A stretch of 64,000 bases of DNA. Source: Chrysomallon squamiferum (taxonomy: Eukaryota; Animalia; Mollusca). The stretch lies in the NCBI GenBank assembly GCA_012295275.1, contig CM022667.1, forward strand, positions 15,438,001 to 15,502,000, given 5' to 3'. Of the stretch, positions 35,580 to 57,011 are shown in pieces (position 1 is the stretch's first letter; the number at the start of each line of letters is the position of its first letter). The position numbers and the translations under genes were made by a program. The notes under the pieces are model-generated. The model was not told where the DNA came from. It was given only the letters and a program-made list of their open reading frames with translations, and did no database searches.

Positions 35580-37146
35580 CGTCACTGAGTATGTATCTCA
35601 ATAAATATGTTTCAGATCTTTCTGTTCTTTTCACCTGTTACAAAATAGAATTTCTTTTAGAATAACAGCGTGTAGTTACTTCTAAATTTGGTCATAGAAT
35701 TGTAGTCATCAGCTAAATATCTTCCGATCACTAGACAGTCTGTCTCGAAACAAACGATGCTGATAGTTTAATGAATAATAAAAAGTCAAAGCAATAAAGT
35801 AGATGAATTTCTCTATATTTCTTGTTGTTTTCCTTTTTTTTCTTTTGTTCTTTACAGGTAAATCAAATGACGAAATATTAAATTATTGTGTCGCTGCTAC
35901 AATAAATGCTATACTTGCAGCAGATATGAATGCATTTTATATATAAGTGAAAATTCATTGCAAACCTTAAAATGTTAGTTTTGATTTTCTTTTAGTTTTT
36001 TTACTGAATATCGTTAATCCTCATTTACATTAAACTGTGTTATTGACAGATATAAAAAAATGTTATAAAAATGTATTTTACCAAGACAAACTTTTTGTAA
36101 AAATGCTCTTCCAAAAGAAAAAAGAAAACGAGAAAAAGAAATAGAAATTTAATTTTAAATTCTTTTTATGTTGTTGTTGTCATAATTATTTTTAACATAA
36201 ATTTTACTGAACATGTTTATGTGCCAAACAACAAAGTCTTCAAAGCGATACGCATCCCTGAATAAAACAGACTTCGCTCATTATTTATTGATATCCAGCA
36301 TTGTTTTGTTTTTAAAAGAATAGTATTTATTTGAACTCAGACGAAAATAAAAAAACAAAAGCTTGTTGAACCTTTTCTTACTAAATACTTAATAATGGAA
36401 GAAATGACCCTGTCTATATCACACCACTGTGCAAAAACAGCAGCAGTTCAGTCAGTTTACACAATTCAGGTATCATAAAGAAAACAATATCTTCAGATAA
36501 AGAGTAAAAACAAAATTCCTTGTCGAAGTACAGTTTGAACGAGAAGAACGTAAAACTGTAATAAAAGGTTCAAAAATTGTTCATATTATTGTAATTCATT
36601 ATCTATCGTTTGATACTAAAGAGTTATTTAATAATGTTTTGCAAAGTGTGTTTTTATTTTGTTAAATATTTTTATTTATTTATTTATTTTATGAATATCT
36701 TTTAGTTGTTGTTGAGCAATCAGTAGATTTCTCTCCTTATTTATGTAATAAATATAGAAATAAATTAATATATAAGTGTATAACAACAACAACAACATTG
36801 ATAATAATTATTAATTTAGAAGTCGTAGCAGTAATAATAATAATACTGATTATGATTATAATAATAAAGAAGCAAATACTACAACAATAATATTAATAAT
36901 AATGATAACAATAATACTTACAATAACAAAATAATAATAATAATAATAGCAAAATAATAATAATAATAATAATAATAACAATAATAATGGTAGAGCTAGA
37001 TTATGGCCACTGAAAAATATTAATTACTTCTACGTAGTTAATGAAGAACAGAAAGGAACGGGACTCTTATATTTTCTAGATGCGAACAGTCTTCGAAGTT
37101 GCTTAAATATTGGCTGTGGAGACATTTGTCAGTCTTGAAAAAGGAA

Positions 37147-37290
37147 CAAACTGCCTGAAACACAGTTTCCAGTTTTGTCGTTTTCTAATGAGGGTATCCC
37201 GCTGGAGAAATCTTTTCTAAATCACTGGGGTTTGATTTCTTCCTGGTCACTAGCTATCTCTGGACCAGTTATATTTACTAACAGCCACAT
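37147..37290 (-). pseudogene. Family A large-exon fragment (fourth copy, carries an in-frame TGA)
   Basis: Reverse complement matches 6149-6292; the CAG TGG codons have become CAG TGA. Confidence 0.72.
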
Positions 37291-37820
37291 GTAGTAGTAG
37301 TAGTAATAGTGGTAGTAGTAGTAGTAATAGTAGTAGTATCGTCGTCTTCTTTTACAAGGTCTTCATAACAATAAACCATCAACATTACATCACAACAAAC
37401 AACAAGTAACATTTATTTTTTTATATTCATTACAATAACAGTATAACCAAAGGCAACAGTCTATGGTACAATCAGCACAAATTAAGGAAATATCTATACA
37501 TTTTTAAAATCCAACACAATTTGACAAGAAAAATGAAACAAGTGTCGTCACAGTCAATTACCATTTCAGTTCTTCTGTTAACAAAGATCACTCAGTTAAT
37601 CAGATGACACAACAAAACATGATACCAACAGAGATAACAAGATATTCAACCATGTGCATCTTTGTTACGTTTATTAACAAAAGACAGAGGTGTTTCGCCA
37701 TTATTTGGTCATTGTAATTTAATTATAATCTACATTAATCTAATGATGTATGTGAAAGATGTTTGTATTGTGCGGTCATTGTCATTATAATAAGTTCGAC
37801 ATCAGTTGGTAATTAAATGA

Positions 37821-37917
37821 TGACGTCTGAACGTTGCTCACATCTGGAATTAAAGTATATAAGATCGCGATAGACAGCCAAAATGTATCAAACCTTTTAC
37901 AGCTTTGACCAGATAAG
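37821..37917 (+). promoter_or_regulatory. G copy 4 promoter: TGACGTCT 37821-37828, TATATAA 37856-37862, donor after 37917
   Basis: Same motif set as the other copies. Confidence 0.7.
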
Positions 37918-38327
37918 GTGAGTAACGTTCTGAATGTTTCAATATATTTTATTAGTAAAAATGAATAGACGTATCGGCTTTCAGTAATAGTAGGTAATGT
38001 ACAAATGTGTAAAACATTTTCTCGGAAAGACAATATGAAATATTTAGCACATTTAGATAAAATAATGGTAGAAGTTCTAAGTATAATGAATTGATATTGT
38101 TTCTATGGTTATAGTTATTTATTATCGTTTTGTTGATGATGCTTTAAATATAACTTTTTATTTTAAATAATTTTAAAGGTACAGAATACTACTACTATTA
38201 CTACTACTACCACTATCACTACGATTACTATCATTATTATTACTACTACTACAACTACTAGTACCTCTACTACTACTACTATTAGTGTCATTATTATAAA
38301 TTATTATTATTATTATAAATCATAATA

Positions 38328-38360
<33 letters not shown>

Positions 38361-38385
38361 ATTATTATTATTATTATTATTTCAG

Positions 38386-39780
38386 ATGAATTCTTTTATC
38401 CTAATTTTGAGTGTTCTGGTTGCGACAACTCTAAGTTACAGAATCACTATTGAGTGCGATGGTAAGTATTTCATAGACATACATTCAAGAAGCTAGGAAA
38501 ATATAGTAATTACTTTTTACAATGATCTATAATGTCAATTATTTTTCCAATCAAATTCAATTTTTTTAATCATAATATACAATATATAATCTAGAAATAA
38601 ACACTATTTCTAAAATAGACTGCTTATGTCCAAACAATGCACGTTAAACGATCATGCACATAGTATTTTCGCTATATATTTTATTACATAAGTAAATTTC
38701 CACTGCTGTTATCAGTTGTGTATATATATATCTTTTTCTTTTACTAATTCTTCGATCGGTATAATAATGAATATTTTAACAACACTTAAAAGGTTAGTGC
38801 TATCTCCGAATATTGCCTAATCCAGACTTTTCATGTTTACTTCATATTTTAATAAATCCTTATTTTCACGCTTTTTTTATCCTCCATGTGTTTTATTTCT
38901 CTCTTTCCGTTTAGATGGTAAAAAGAGCATAGACTCGGACGAAATAGGTGATCTTCTAGCCCTACTCACTAGTGATAAAGATCTGGATGATGCCTCTATT
39001 GGATTGGGAGATGATGGACTCTCTGGTATGGGATTGGGATTAGGAGGGGGTGATGAACTCTCTGGTATGGGATTGGGATTAGGAGGAGGTGATGGACTAT
39101 CTGGTTTGGGATTAGGAGGAGGTGATGAACTCTCTGGTATGGGATTGGGATTAGGAGGAGGTGATGAACTATCTGGTTTGGGATTAGGAGGAGGTGATGA
39201 ACTCTCTGGTATGGGATTGGGATTAGGAGGAGGTGATGAACTATCAGGTATGGGACTGGGATTAGGAGGAGGTGATGGACTTTCAGGTATGGGATTAGGA
39301 GGTGGTGATGGACTGTCAGGTATGGGATTAGGAGGAGGTGATGGATTATCAGGTATGGGATTAGGAGGAGGTGATGGACAATCTAGTATGGGATTAGGTG
39401 ATGTGTCAGGTCTGCTCAGAGAAGTCGCAGACCTCCTCCTCAAAGACAAACAAACTGCCGAAGCTGATGCTTTGAACAAAGCCGCTGACGTCATCGACAA
39501 AATGCAAAAGCAAATCAAAGAGAAAATGGCAGAGGAAGAGAAAAAGGCACAAGATGAGATAACGAAGGAGCTGGAAAAGGAATCTGAGAAAGAAGAGAAG
39601 GAAGTAAATGCATACATATATACTTACCTAAATACAGACAGACGTAGACAAAACGTTCGTAAATACAATATTTATTATGATATGTTGTTATTGTTGTCCT
39701 TTCTTTATGTGTTTGTCTTTATCAAAATATTCTTCATTTCTTTATTTATTTTAATATAGCGACGGATCTTGAAGATTTGA
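38386..39780 (+). CDS. Family G copy 4: exons 38386-38461 and 38915-39603 (~12 repeats), tail shortened by a 345-bp deletion; possible last exon 39760-39780
   Basis: ttcag|ATG..GAT G|gtaagt; tttag|AT GGT AAA; open through KEEKE, then jumps into intron-3 sequence (gaag|taaatgcatac). This creates GAA|gtaaat, which would splice to tag|CGA CGG ATC TTG AAG ATT TGA. Confidence 0.75.
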
Positions 39781-40104
39781 ACAGAGAACTGTGATTACGT
39801 CTAGCAATACAGGATTATACTGATGACGCTGATACGACAAAGTGTACACCAAGATAATTTTGTTTTGTTTAGACTTTAATTTATTCTAAATACAATAAAA
39901 TTTAAATTAATTTATGCGTTTATTCTTATTATATTCTTCATATTGTTCCAAAACCTTTTCTTGCCTAACTCTTTCTTTCTATCTGTCAGTATTTTTATCT
40001 TTTCATCTATCTATTTATCTTATCTCTTCTGTCTGTCTGTCTGTATCTATCTATTCATTCTATCAGTCTATCTATTTGTCTATCTATATCTATCTATCTA
40101 TAAC

Positions 40105-40304
40105 NNNNNNNNNNNNNNNNNNNNNNNNNNNNNNNNNNNNNNNNNNNNNNNNNNNNNNNNNNNNNNNNNNNNNNNNNNNNNNNNNNNNNNNNNNNNNNNN
40201 NNNNNNNNNNNNNNNNNNNNNNNNNNNNNNNNNNNNNNNNNNNNNNNNNNNNNNNNNNNNNNNNNNNNNNNNNNNNNNNNNNNNNNNNNNNNNNNNNNNN
40301 NNNN
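40105..40304. other. Assembly gap (200 N)
   Basis: Run of N. The 5' exons of the transglutaminase are not present in the window and presumably fall in the gap. Confidence 0.99.
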
Positions 40305-40639
40305 TTTGGGGGTTGTTGTTCTGTTGTTTTGTTTGTTTACTTCTTTGTTGTTGTTTTTTTTGTTGTTGTTGTTTTTTTTTTTTTTTTTTTTTTTGATTTG
40401 TAGATATTTTTCTCCTATTTTTTATTATTGTTACTGATTTTGTGCAAAATTTTGTTGTTGTTTATTGTTATTTGGTTTATATTTTTTATGTTATTTATTA
40501 TCCGTCGTGTGCACAATATTATTATTTACTTGTTTTTATATAATTTTTCACAAATATTTCCGGTACATAACACACAAATGAAACCATCCTGATTCTTTTA
40601 TATATATTCTCATAATTTGTTTTCCCTTCTCTCGTTCAG

Positions 40640-48752
<8,113 letters not shown>

Positions 48753-50194
48753 CTGGTTCCTTGGTACACTGTGTGTGTATGTTATTTTAATTAATATATT
48801 TATTTATTTATTTATTTATTGATTTATTGATTTATTGATTTATTTATTATTGCTAATTTCTTTTTATTTGTTTTATTTTTATTTTATTTATTTTTCCCTC
48901 GGGCTTTATGTTGGGGCTTTTTTAGTGGTTTTGTTTGTTTTCATTTTTGTAATTATTTGGATTTTCTTTTGTTTTCTTTCAAACGTCTATTTTATATATA
49001 GCGAGAATTTAAATCATTTTTGTTTATAGACAAATTTTCATCATTCATGATTTGTTTTATATTTTGTCAAGTGTCAGAAAATATATTCTCAGAGTGGCAT
49101 ATTTCTGTTCCTCTATAAACTTGTCTGATTCATGTTTCAGCTCGGTCTAGTATCTTAGGTCTTCAGTAAAAATGATAATTCTTAAAACAGGTTTCCTCTC
49201 TTCGAGATAAAACATAGTTCAATAAGCCAACTGTAGGTTACGAGATGAATTAAAATCTTCTAACAATTCTTGTTTTATCTTTGTTGTTGTTGTTTCTTTT
49301 ATTGATGATTTTTGCTGTTGTTTTTGTTGTTGTTTTTTTTTTTTGTATTATTTTGTGTGTTTTTATGTTGTTATTATTATTTTTGTTTGTTATTTAATTG
49401 TGGGTTTTTTTTTTATTTATTTATTTATTTATTTTTTTTGTGGGGTTGTTTCATTTTGCTTTGTTTTGATATGTAGGACGTACTAATCATCTAACTATAG
49501 AATGCACCATAATTATTATCGTCTAGTAATCGATAATTAAATTACGCTTAACTGTTTATATCATTTCCATTTTCTTTTTGTCTTTTCTTTTTATACATAT
49601 ACTTACACATATATGCATACATACATACCTATTGACATACATATGTGTGTATGTGTGTGTGTGTGAGAGAGAGGTATATATATATATATATATATGTATA
49701 TAAATTCATGGTCGACTACTAGATATGATAATTATGGTGCGTTCTAGAGTTACGTGGTAAAATTCACTATATGCGGCTCCAGTCTTTTAAATTATTTAAT
49801 TTTGTTTTAAATAAGAAACGCTTGAAAACAACAGCTTCAGACGCATTCTCATTCCATTGCTACCACGTGACTATTTAATCAAACGCCGTTTTATCATTTC
49901 CCACACGCTTTGCACATGCTGATCTTTCAGTTTTACCGTACGAGTATTTAACTGTTGTAACTATGATTTTACTGTCTGTGTGATAGGTATATATAAAACA
50001 TCCCTTGCTGCTAATTAGTAAGAATAGTTTATAAAATGGCGACAGTTGCTTGTTTCTGTCGTCGCTGTTTATGAAAAAATTTTGTTGCTCTTTTTTAAAT
50101 ATGATGAAGTGTGTTTAAACTTTCGTTTATCGATAATGTCTCATAACTTCTCGCATCCTTTTTCTATTAATAATTTATTAAATATAATTATTGT

Positions 50195-51660
50195 AGGTAA
50201 TCAGGAATCCACTACTTAATTAGCAATAGTTTGTGTAATCAGGAATACACTATTTAATCAGCAATTGTATACGAATCAGTAATGAAATACTTAGTCAGCA
50301 ATAGTATGCCTAATTCAGAATACAATACCTGAACAGAAATGGTGTGTGAATTTTGTACATAATGAAGGAATACAAAACAAAAGGAACAATTCATACCCAA
50401 TTAAGAATACGATTTTCAGTCAGTATTGTATTCCTAATCAGGAATGCAATAGCTAAATCAGAATACATTACGTAAACAAATTCAACAAACAATCGCTATC
50501 CATTAACAATATAAACAGAATATAATGTTTAATTAGCAATAATATACGGAATTAGAAGAAGACAAAAAACAAAAAATACAATCAGCAGTAATATATATAA
50601 TTAGGAAAACAGTAATTAATCAGGAATATAATAAGGAATACAGTTTTTAATCAGCAATAGCATATATAATGAGGAATTTGCCATATAATCAGCAGTAATA
50701 TATATATATATATATATAACAGGAAATGCCTTAAAGCAGTCAGCTTTAATTATGTAAATAATACCATATAAGGAATATATCACTTATTAGCAAAGGTTTG
50801 CAGGATTCAGTCTAAAATAGGAACATATAGTTTACTTAACTGATGTATAGTATTTAATTGTCAACAATGCAGCAAATCATGAATCCGATACTTAATTAGC
50901 AGTGCTATACGTAATTTGGGATACAACAATATAGCAGTAGCAACATCACGTAATTTAAAATTCAAAATGCAGCATTTGTTTGTGATTTTCCACTACAACA
51001 TACGAAAGATATTTCTATACGTTGTACGAATCCGTTCTTAAATCAGAATACGACACTTTCTAAATGTATTCATAATAAAGAATATAATAAGTGAATCAGA
51101 ATACAATACGTCATTCGACAAACAGTTGTTAATCAGCACTAGTATATATAATCAGGAATACTATACATCGTGCGTAAATAATATTATATAAGGAATGCAA
51201 TATTATAATAATAGGAATGCAATAGTCAATAGTAAGCATAATGAGGAATACAATACATAATACGTAAACAATACTATATAAGGAATACAATACTCAAATA
51301 ATAATAATATACGTAAACAGGAATACAATACTTAATACTATAGGTAATCATGAATACAATACTTAATACTATAGGTAATCATGAATACAATAGTTAAAAC
51401 GATAGGTAATCATGAATACAATATTTAATACTATAAGTAATCATGAATACAATAGTTAAAACTTAAGGTAATCATGAATACAATACTTAATACCATAGGT
51501 AATCAATAATACAATACTTAATAATATAGATAATCGGGAATACAATACTTAATAATATAGGTAATCGGTAATACAATACTTAATACTATAGGCAATACGT
51601 AGTATATAGTGTAATTCAAGTGTAATTATTAACATGGAGTACAGTGCTGAATCAGCAATA
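50195..51660. repeat. Degenerate minisatellite array (core aatcaggaatacaatacttaat) ending in ~9 homogeneous 31-bp units at 51315-51595
   Basis: aatcatgaatacaatacttaatactataggt at 51346, 51377, 51408 and onward; related but decayed units extend upstream for about 1.1 kb. Confidence 0.8.
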
Positions 51661-52264
51661 GTATTTGAGTGCAGAAAAATCAGTACTCAAGTTGAACCGT
51701 AATTCGGAACTAGACGTAAATGCTCTACTTTACAAAAACCACCACAGCTAATCAAGAAAAACGCCATAAAAATTTGAATTACAATTCTCTTTACGCCGAG
51801 AAAGTATCGACGGCCCATGTACTTGGCTATTGAGACCCCTGTTGTTTGTAAGACTATTTAACCCCAGTCTGCTGATAATAACGTTGTCAAGTGGAAAGTT
51901 GCTTCTTTGGATCGACGCGTTTCAATCCTATCACCTGGACACAATAGCTCTACAATTTGCTGACAATAACCTTGTCATAGGCCCAAAAATAACAAACAGG
52001 CGAGAAACAGAAAAGGAAAGGCAGTCGAAGAAGAATATTTCTAAACACTCTGAAGGCTGGCTGGCTGGTTGTGACAGTGTCCCTTGCCGAATGAAAGAGA
52101 AAGTTTTTTCCGTTCATTTATATTTCTGCTCTTTTATTTTCGCTCGTCGTGTATTATAATTCTGGAAGAATCGGTGACAGAACTGACTGGCTGAAAGTTA
52201 TATTAACGAAACTGTTTAATTTGTGGACTGCTTAATGAATGCTCGTGTATAAGTCTTTCACAGA

Positions 52265-52347
52265 ATGTCGCTGGACGTCAGCGTTAATTTGGAGAAACGA
52301 CGCGGCTCCTATGTGATGGACCGTTGTTTGCTCAGATCAAGTCCAAA
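52265..52347 (+). CDS. Candidate first coding exon of an unidentified gene (MSLDVSVNLEKRRGSYVMDRCLLRSSP.., phase-2 donor)
   Basis: ATG at the end of a ~600-bp complex, higher-GC island; consensus donor AA|gtaagt; RRGS is a PKA-type motif. No homology recognised. Confidence 0.4.
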
Positions 52348-52381
52348 GTAAGTCATTTAATATGTTTATAACTATTAGAAA

Positions 52382-53028
52382 TTACTACATTATGTTATAT
52401 TATATTACATTACATTACATTATATTAGATTATATTACATTATATTACATTACATTATATTATATTACATTGCATTATATTATATTATATTATATTATAT
52501 TATATTATATTATATTATATTATATTATTCTGTATATTCAGATTATATGATTATGTTATCATGCGCTGCATTGCAACCTATAATTACAAATATAACTTTA
52601 TCTCGTGTAACACTAACTTGCATACCTTACATTATACTGTACCGCATAAATATTATATTTTATTATAATACATTACTATGCTATACTATACTATACTATA
52701 CTGTACTATACTATACTATACTGTACTATGCTGTGCTGCACTATACTATATTGTATTGTACTATGCTATGCTAACTATACATATATTGTATTGTACTGTA
52801 TAATACTGTGGCGCATGTCATCGCATCGTACATTACATTATATTACATTATTTTTACATTACGTAGCATTACATTACATTACACTACATTATATAACATT
52901 GCATTACTCATAATGCATTACATCATGCAGCATTACACTATATTATATTGCATTGTGTTGTATTGTATTTTATTATATTATATTATTTTATATTGTACTG
53001 TATTACATTACAATATATTACATTATAT
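52382..53028. repeat. Pentanucleotide (TATTA/TACAT/TACTA)n compound microsatellite
   Basis: Direct inspection. Confidence 0.9.
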
Positions 53029-53202
53029 CCAGACTACTCGACTCTTTATTTTTTACAACAGCTACTGTAGGACTAAATTAATATCTTTCAACTCTTCTTG
53101 TTCACTTCCAAAGAAATAGTTTATAAACTTTACCGAACCTTTTTTACTATTTATTTATTTATTATAATATTTATTTTATTTTATTTTATTTTATTTATTT
53201 TT

Positions 53203-53238
<36 letters not shown>

Positions 53239-53882
53239 TTTATTTTTTATTTTTTTTTTTTATATTATATTTTCTAATGTGATATGTCTAAGGTGTGATA
53301 TTAATAGATTATGTCTGTCAGAGTCTGTCTGTCTGAAAAATATAAATCAGTGTCTACTTCTCATAATGCACCACAGTGTCGGTTACGGTAATTTTTAGTT
53401 TTCTGATTTAAGTGAACGAATCCTTATCAAAAGAAATAATATATGTTTGATTTCGTAAAAAAAAAAAATAATAATAATAATAATAATAATAATAGTAATG
53501 AAATAGAAATAAAATTTAAAAAAATAATGAAGAAATTCCGAAATTTTTACTTATTTTATTTAATTTTGTTTTTCTTAATTTTATTTTATTTTATTTTATT
53601 TCAAGTTCCATTAACTTATTTCATTTTTTTCATTTAGTTTGTCTTCTATTTTTTTTAACTGAATGAATGAATATTTCTCTGTCTGTCTTCCTGTCTATTT
53701 TTCATCCTTCCTTTTATTTTTCTGTCCTTCTGTCTCGTTTTCTCCCGATCTTTCTTAGCATTTTCTTACAATTTTATATACTTGTATAAATATTAAACAA
53801 TATATACAGACACACACACACACGCATGCACACAAACACACAACAAACACACACACACAAACACACACACATATACACATAT

Positions 53883-53994
<112 letters not shown>

Positions 53995-54471
53995 AACTAA
54001 AAACAAAATTCGGAACACCCTGAATATCCTTTGTTCATTTTATCCGAACTACAGTTACACGTGATAACAGAGAAATTGTCTCTGTCCTGTTTACACAAAG
54101 TTTCAGTCAAAATAATTCGGACACTGAGATAAAAATGATACAAAAGGTAAACATGTTTATCTCAAAAATAAAAAATAAAAATGGTTGTAAAACAAGCACG
54201 GATTTACTTGCAGGGTTGATTGTTGGTTTGTTTTCCTGTGGTGATTTTAATGTAAAGTGAAAAGATATTAAGCTACCGGGAGGTTTCTTTGATATATGAG
54301 AAAATGTTTCTTTCACGGTAATTCGATATATTAATGGCTATTATAAGTATTTTATTTATTTATTTTTTTATTTTTTTATTTATTTATATATATATATGTA
54401 TATTTAAATATTTATTTATTTATCTTTTTTTATATTTGTTTATATTTTTTGTATTGGCCATTATAAGTAGT

Positions 54472-54506
<35 letters not shown>

Positions 54507-54959
54507 TATTTTTGTTTGCATATTTGCTGACTTCATTTATTTATTAACTATTTTTATTTTATATTTTTTTTTTTTTTTTCTTTCTTTCTTTCTTTCTTTA
54601 TTTATTTATTTATTTTTTTTGTATATTTGCTTATTTCATTTATTTATTTACTATTTTTATTTTATATATATTTGTTTTTTTATTATTTTTTTATTTTTTT
54701 TTCCTTATTTCCTTTCTTTCTTTCTTTCTTTATTTCTTTATTTATTTATTTATTTCATTTTGCTTTTCTTTCCACTGTTTCTAATTCTCATCCTTCCTTC
54801 TTTTGTTATTTATTTTAAATATCATCATCATAATAATTACAATCATCATCATTTTTATTATCATCATTTCTACAACAACTACTACTACTACCCATTCCTG
54901 ATATTTATTATCATTATAATGATTATTTTTATAAATTAGATGTATGCGTGTGTGTGTGT

Positions 54960-54990
<31 letters not shown>

Positions 54991-55596
54991 GATATATGTA
55001 TGTATGTATGTACACACACAAACACATATATATATGTATGTGTGTATCTGTGTGTGCGTTTATATAATGTTTGTGTTTATGTGCGTGTGTGTGTGTGTTT
55101 GTCGTTAATGGTGAAGTTGAGTTTCTCTCACCTGTATCAGTATTTCGTTTCTATGTTTTTTCTGTTTACTGCACCACTATCTGATACCAGTCTCTTGAGC
55201 TAAAATAACTTAAAAAGTGAAACGAGGAGTTTTGAACCTACGACTCGAGTATAGCTGTTCTATCTATACCTGTAAATAATGTTCCGTACTAAAAAATAAA
55301 AGTATAAGTACGATAAAATGATTGAAAGACAAACAAACGGACGAAGGATGGATGAATTCACAAAACGGACAAATTGGGAATAAACTGATAAACTGATACA
55401 TACCAGCAAAAAGTAAATACAAAACAAACAGAAAAATAACTTAAATAAATAAATAAAATAAACGACAAAACAGATTAATAATAATAATAATAATAATAAA
55501 TAAATGGGAGTAGTAGTAATAGTAAAAGTAGAAATAGATGACAATATCTATGTGACAATAATAACAGCAATAAAAGCAATAATTATCATTATTTTG

Positions 55597-55643
<47 letters not shown>

Positions 55644-55921
55644 AATTAACACCTACATAAATCAAAATTAAAACGGTTATCAGAAATCGAATTTGCTTCG
55701 ACCTGAGATAACCTTGATATACTAAATACAGTTGCATGCAATATAAACATGCCTTTTGATAAATCTGAATGAATCTGGTTGAATGCTTTTAATAACGTTC
55801 ACCAATTCGCTGTCAAATACACATCGACGTTAACGTGTCTTTAACAGCATATAGCGTCAGCTCGGTCCTTTCAAAGCGAACTACCTGCCCATTTATTAAA
55901 CAGCTGCTCAGAGGCCGCGAT

Positions 55922-55950
55922 TTAAAGGATAGGTTAATCCAAGAATATAT

Positions 55951-55995
<45 letters not shown>

Positions 55996-56019
55996 TTCTT
56001 GGATTAACCTATCCTTTAA
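55922..56019. mobile_element. Small palindromic MITE-like element: TTAA-AGGATAGG...CCTATCCT-TTAA with (TA)n core
   Basis: 55921-55950 is the exact reverse complement of 55991-56020 (30 bp). TTAA flanks with AGG/CCT termini match T2/Kolobok-type MITE ends (family assignment is inference). Confidence 0.55.
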
Positions 56020-56980
56020 AAAATATATATGTACACAATACACATACGCATATACTTAGCACACGCACACATCTATAAAAACTGTTAAACGTAGAATGAC
56101 TTTATGGCACTCATACATACATACATACCTATATACATATAATATTATTCTGTATTTCTCACTACTTATATAAATAATATATTTTCTTAAAGTTTTGTGT
56201 GTATATACATACAATACACACACACAGACACACTCACACACAGACACACATATATATATATATATATATAACTCCTTTTTAATACAGATTCTAACAATTT
56301 CAGGACACTATTCATTTTCCACTGTTTGTGACTGGGAAGTGTTTTACGACTCAGTTGTTTGTTATAAATCAGGTTTGGTCGTCAATACATAAAGAGAGCA
56401 CTTTCCTTCCAAGATAGCAGCGTATAGCCAGATTAACACGTAATGTCACCAGCACTCGACATCTCTTCCAGCAAGTCTTATACCAGTCTCATCTCAGTAT
56501 TATACTACTCAATTAAGTCTGTTATTTTTAATTTATTGGCCTTTAGGACATTGTATACGATATATTTCACCAGTGGGTAAATTTAGACTTTAAATTATCT
56601 TCATTTTAGTGTCTGTCTTTGAAATTCCTATTTCAAAGTTGTTTATCAAAAAAAAAAAAAAAAAAAACCCAGAGAGAAATCTTTGATATTTAAAATAAAC
56701 ATTTTTTTTTTTTTTTTTCTTTTGTGAAAGGTAGATATATTATAATTATTGTGACATTCTTATTAAATGCCTAGGATTTATTACGATTGTTATTGCTCGA
56801 ATATCCATGTTTATTAAGTGGTTATTTTATTTTTCATTTTGTTATTATTATTATTATTTTAATTTTAGACATTCAGTAATTTTTTACAGATGTTGCACTA
56901 AATACACAACATTTTTGAATGTATGTATGTATGTAAGTGTGTATATCTATGTTTGAACGTTTGTATGTATTATGTATGTA

Positions 56981-57011
<31 letters not shown>

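Larger units (their letters stand above)
33146..40104 (-). repeat. Unit 4: inverted copy of ~10900-16750, with its last ~650 bp matching 25280-26300 directly
   Basis: Same ordered components as unit 3 (1.5-kb block, Tc1, exon-1 fragment, exon-3 fragment, promoter, G gene). Confidence 0.88.

Noticed and set aside
51315-51595. 31-bp regularly spaced repeats suggestive of a CRISPR array
   Set aside because: Head-to-tail tandem units without unique spacers, no cas genes, eukaryotic context.
54334-54939. 201-aa hydrophobic F/I/Y/L ORF resembling a membrane protein (and similar ORFs at 43860-44501, 28955-29242, 63442-63795)
   Set aside because: Low-complexity (TTTA)n/(TTA)n/(GTA)n sequence; no splice or homology support.
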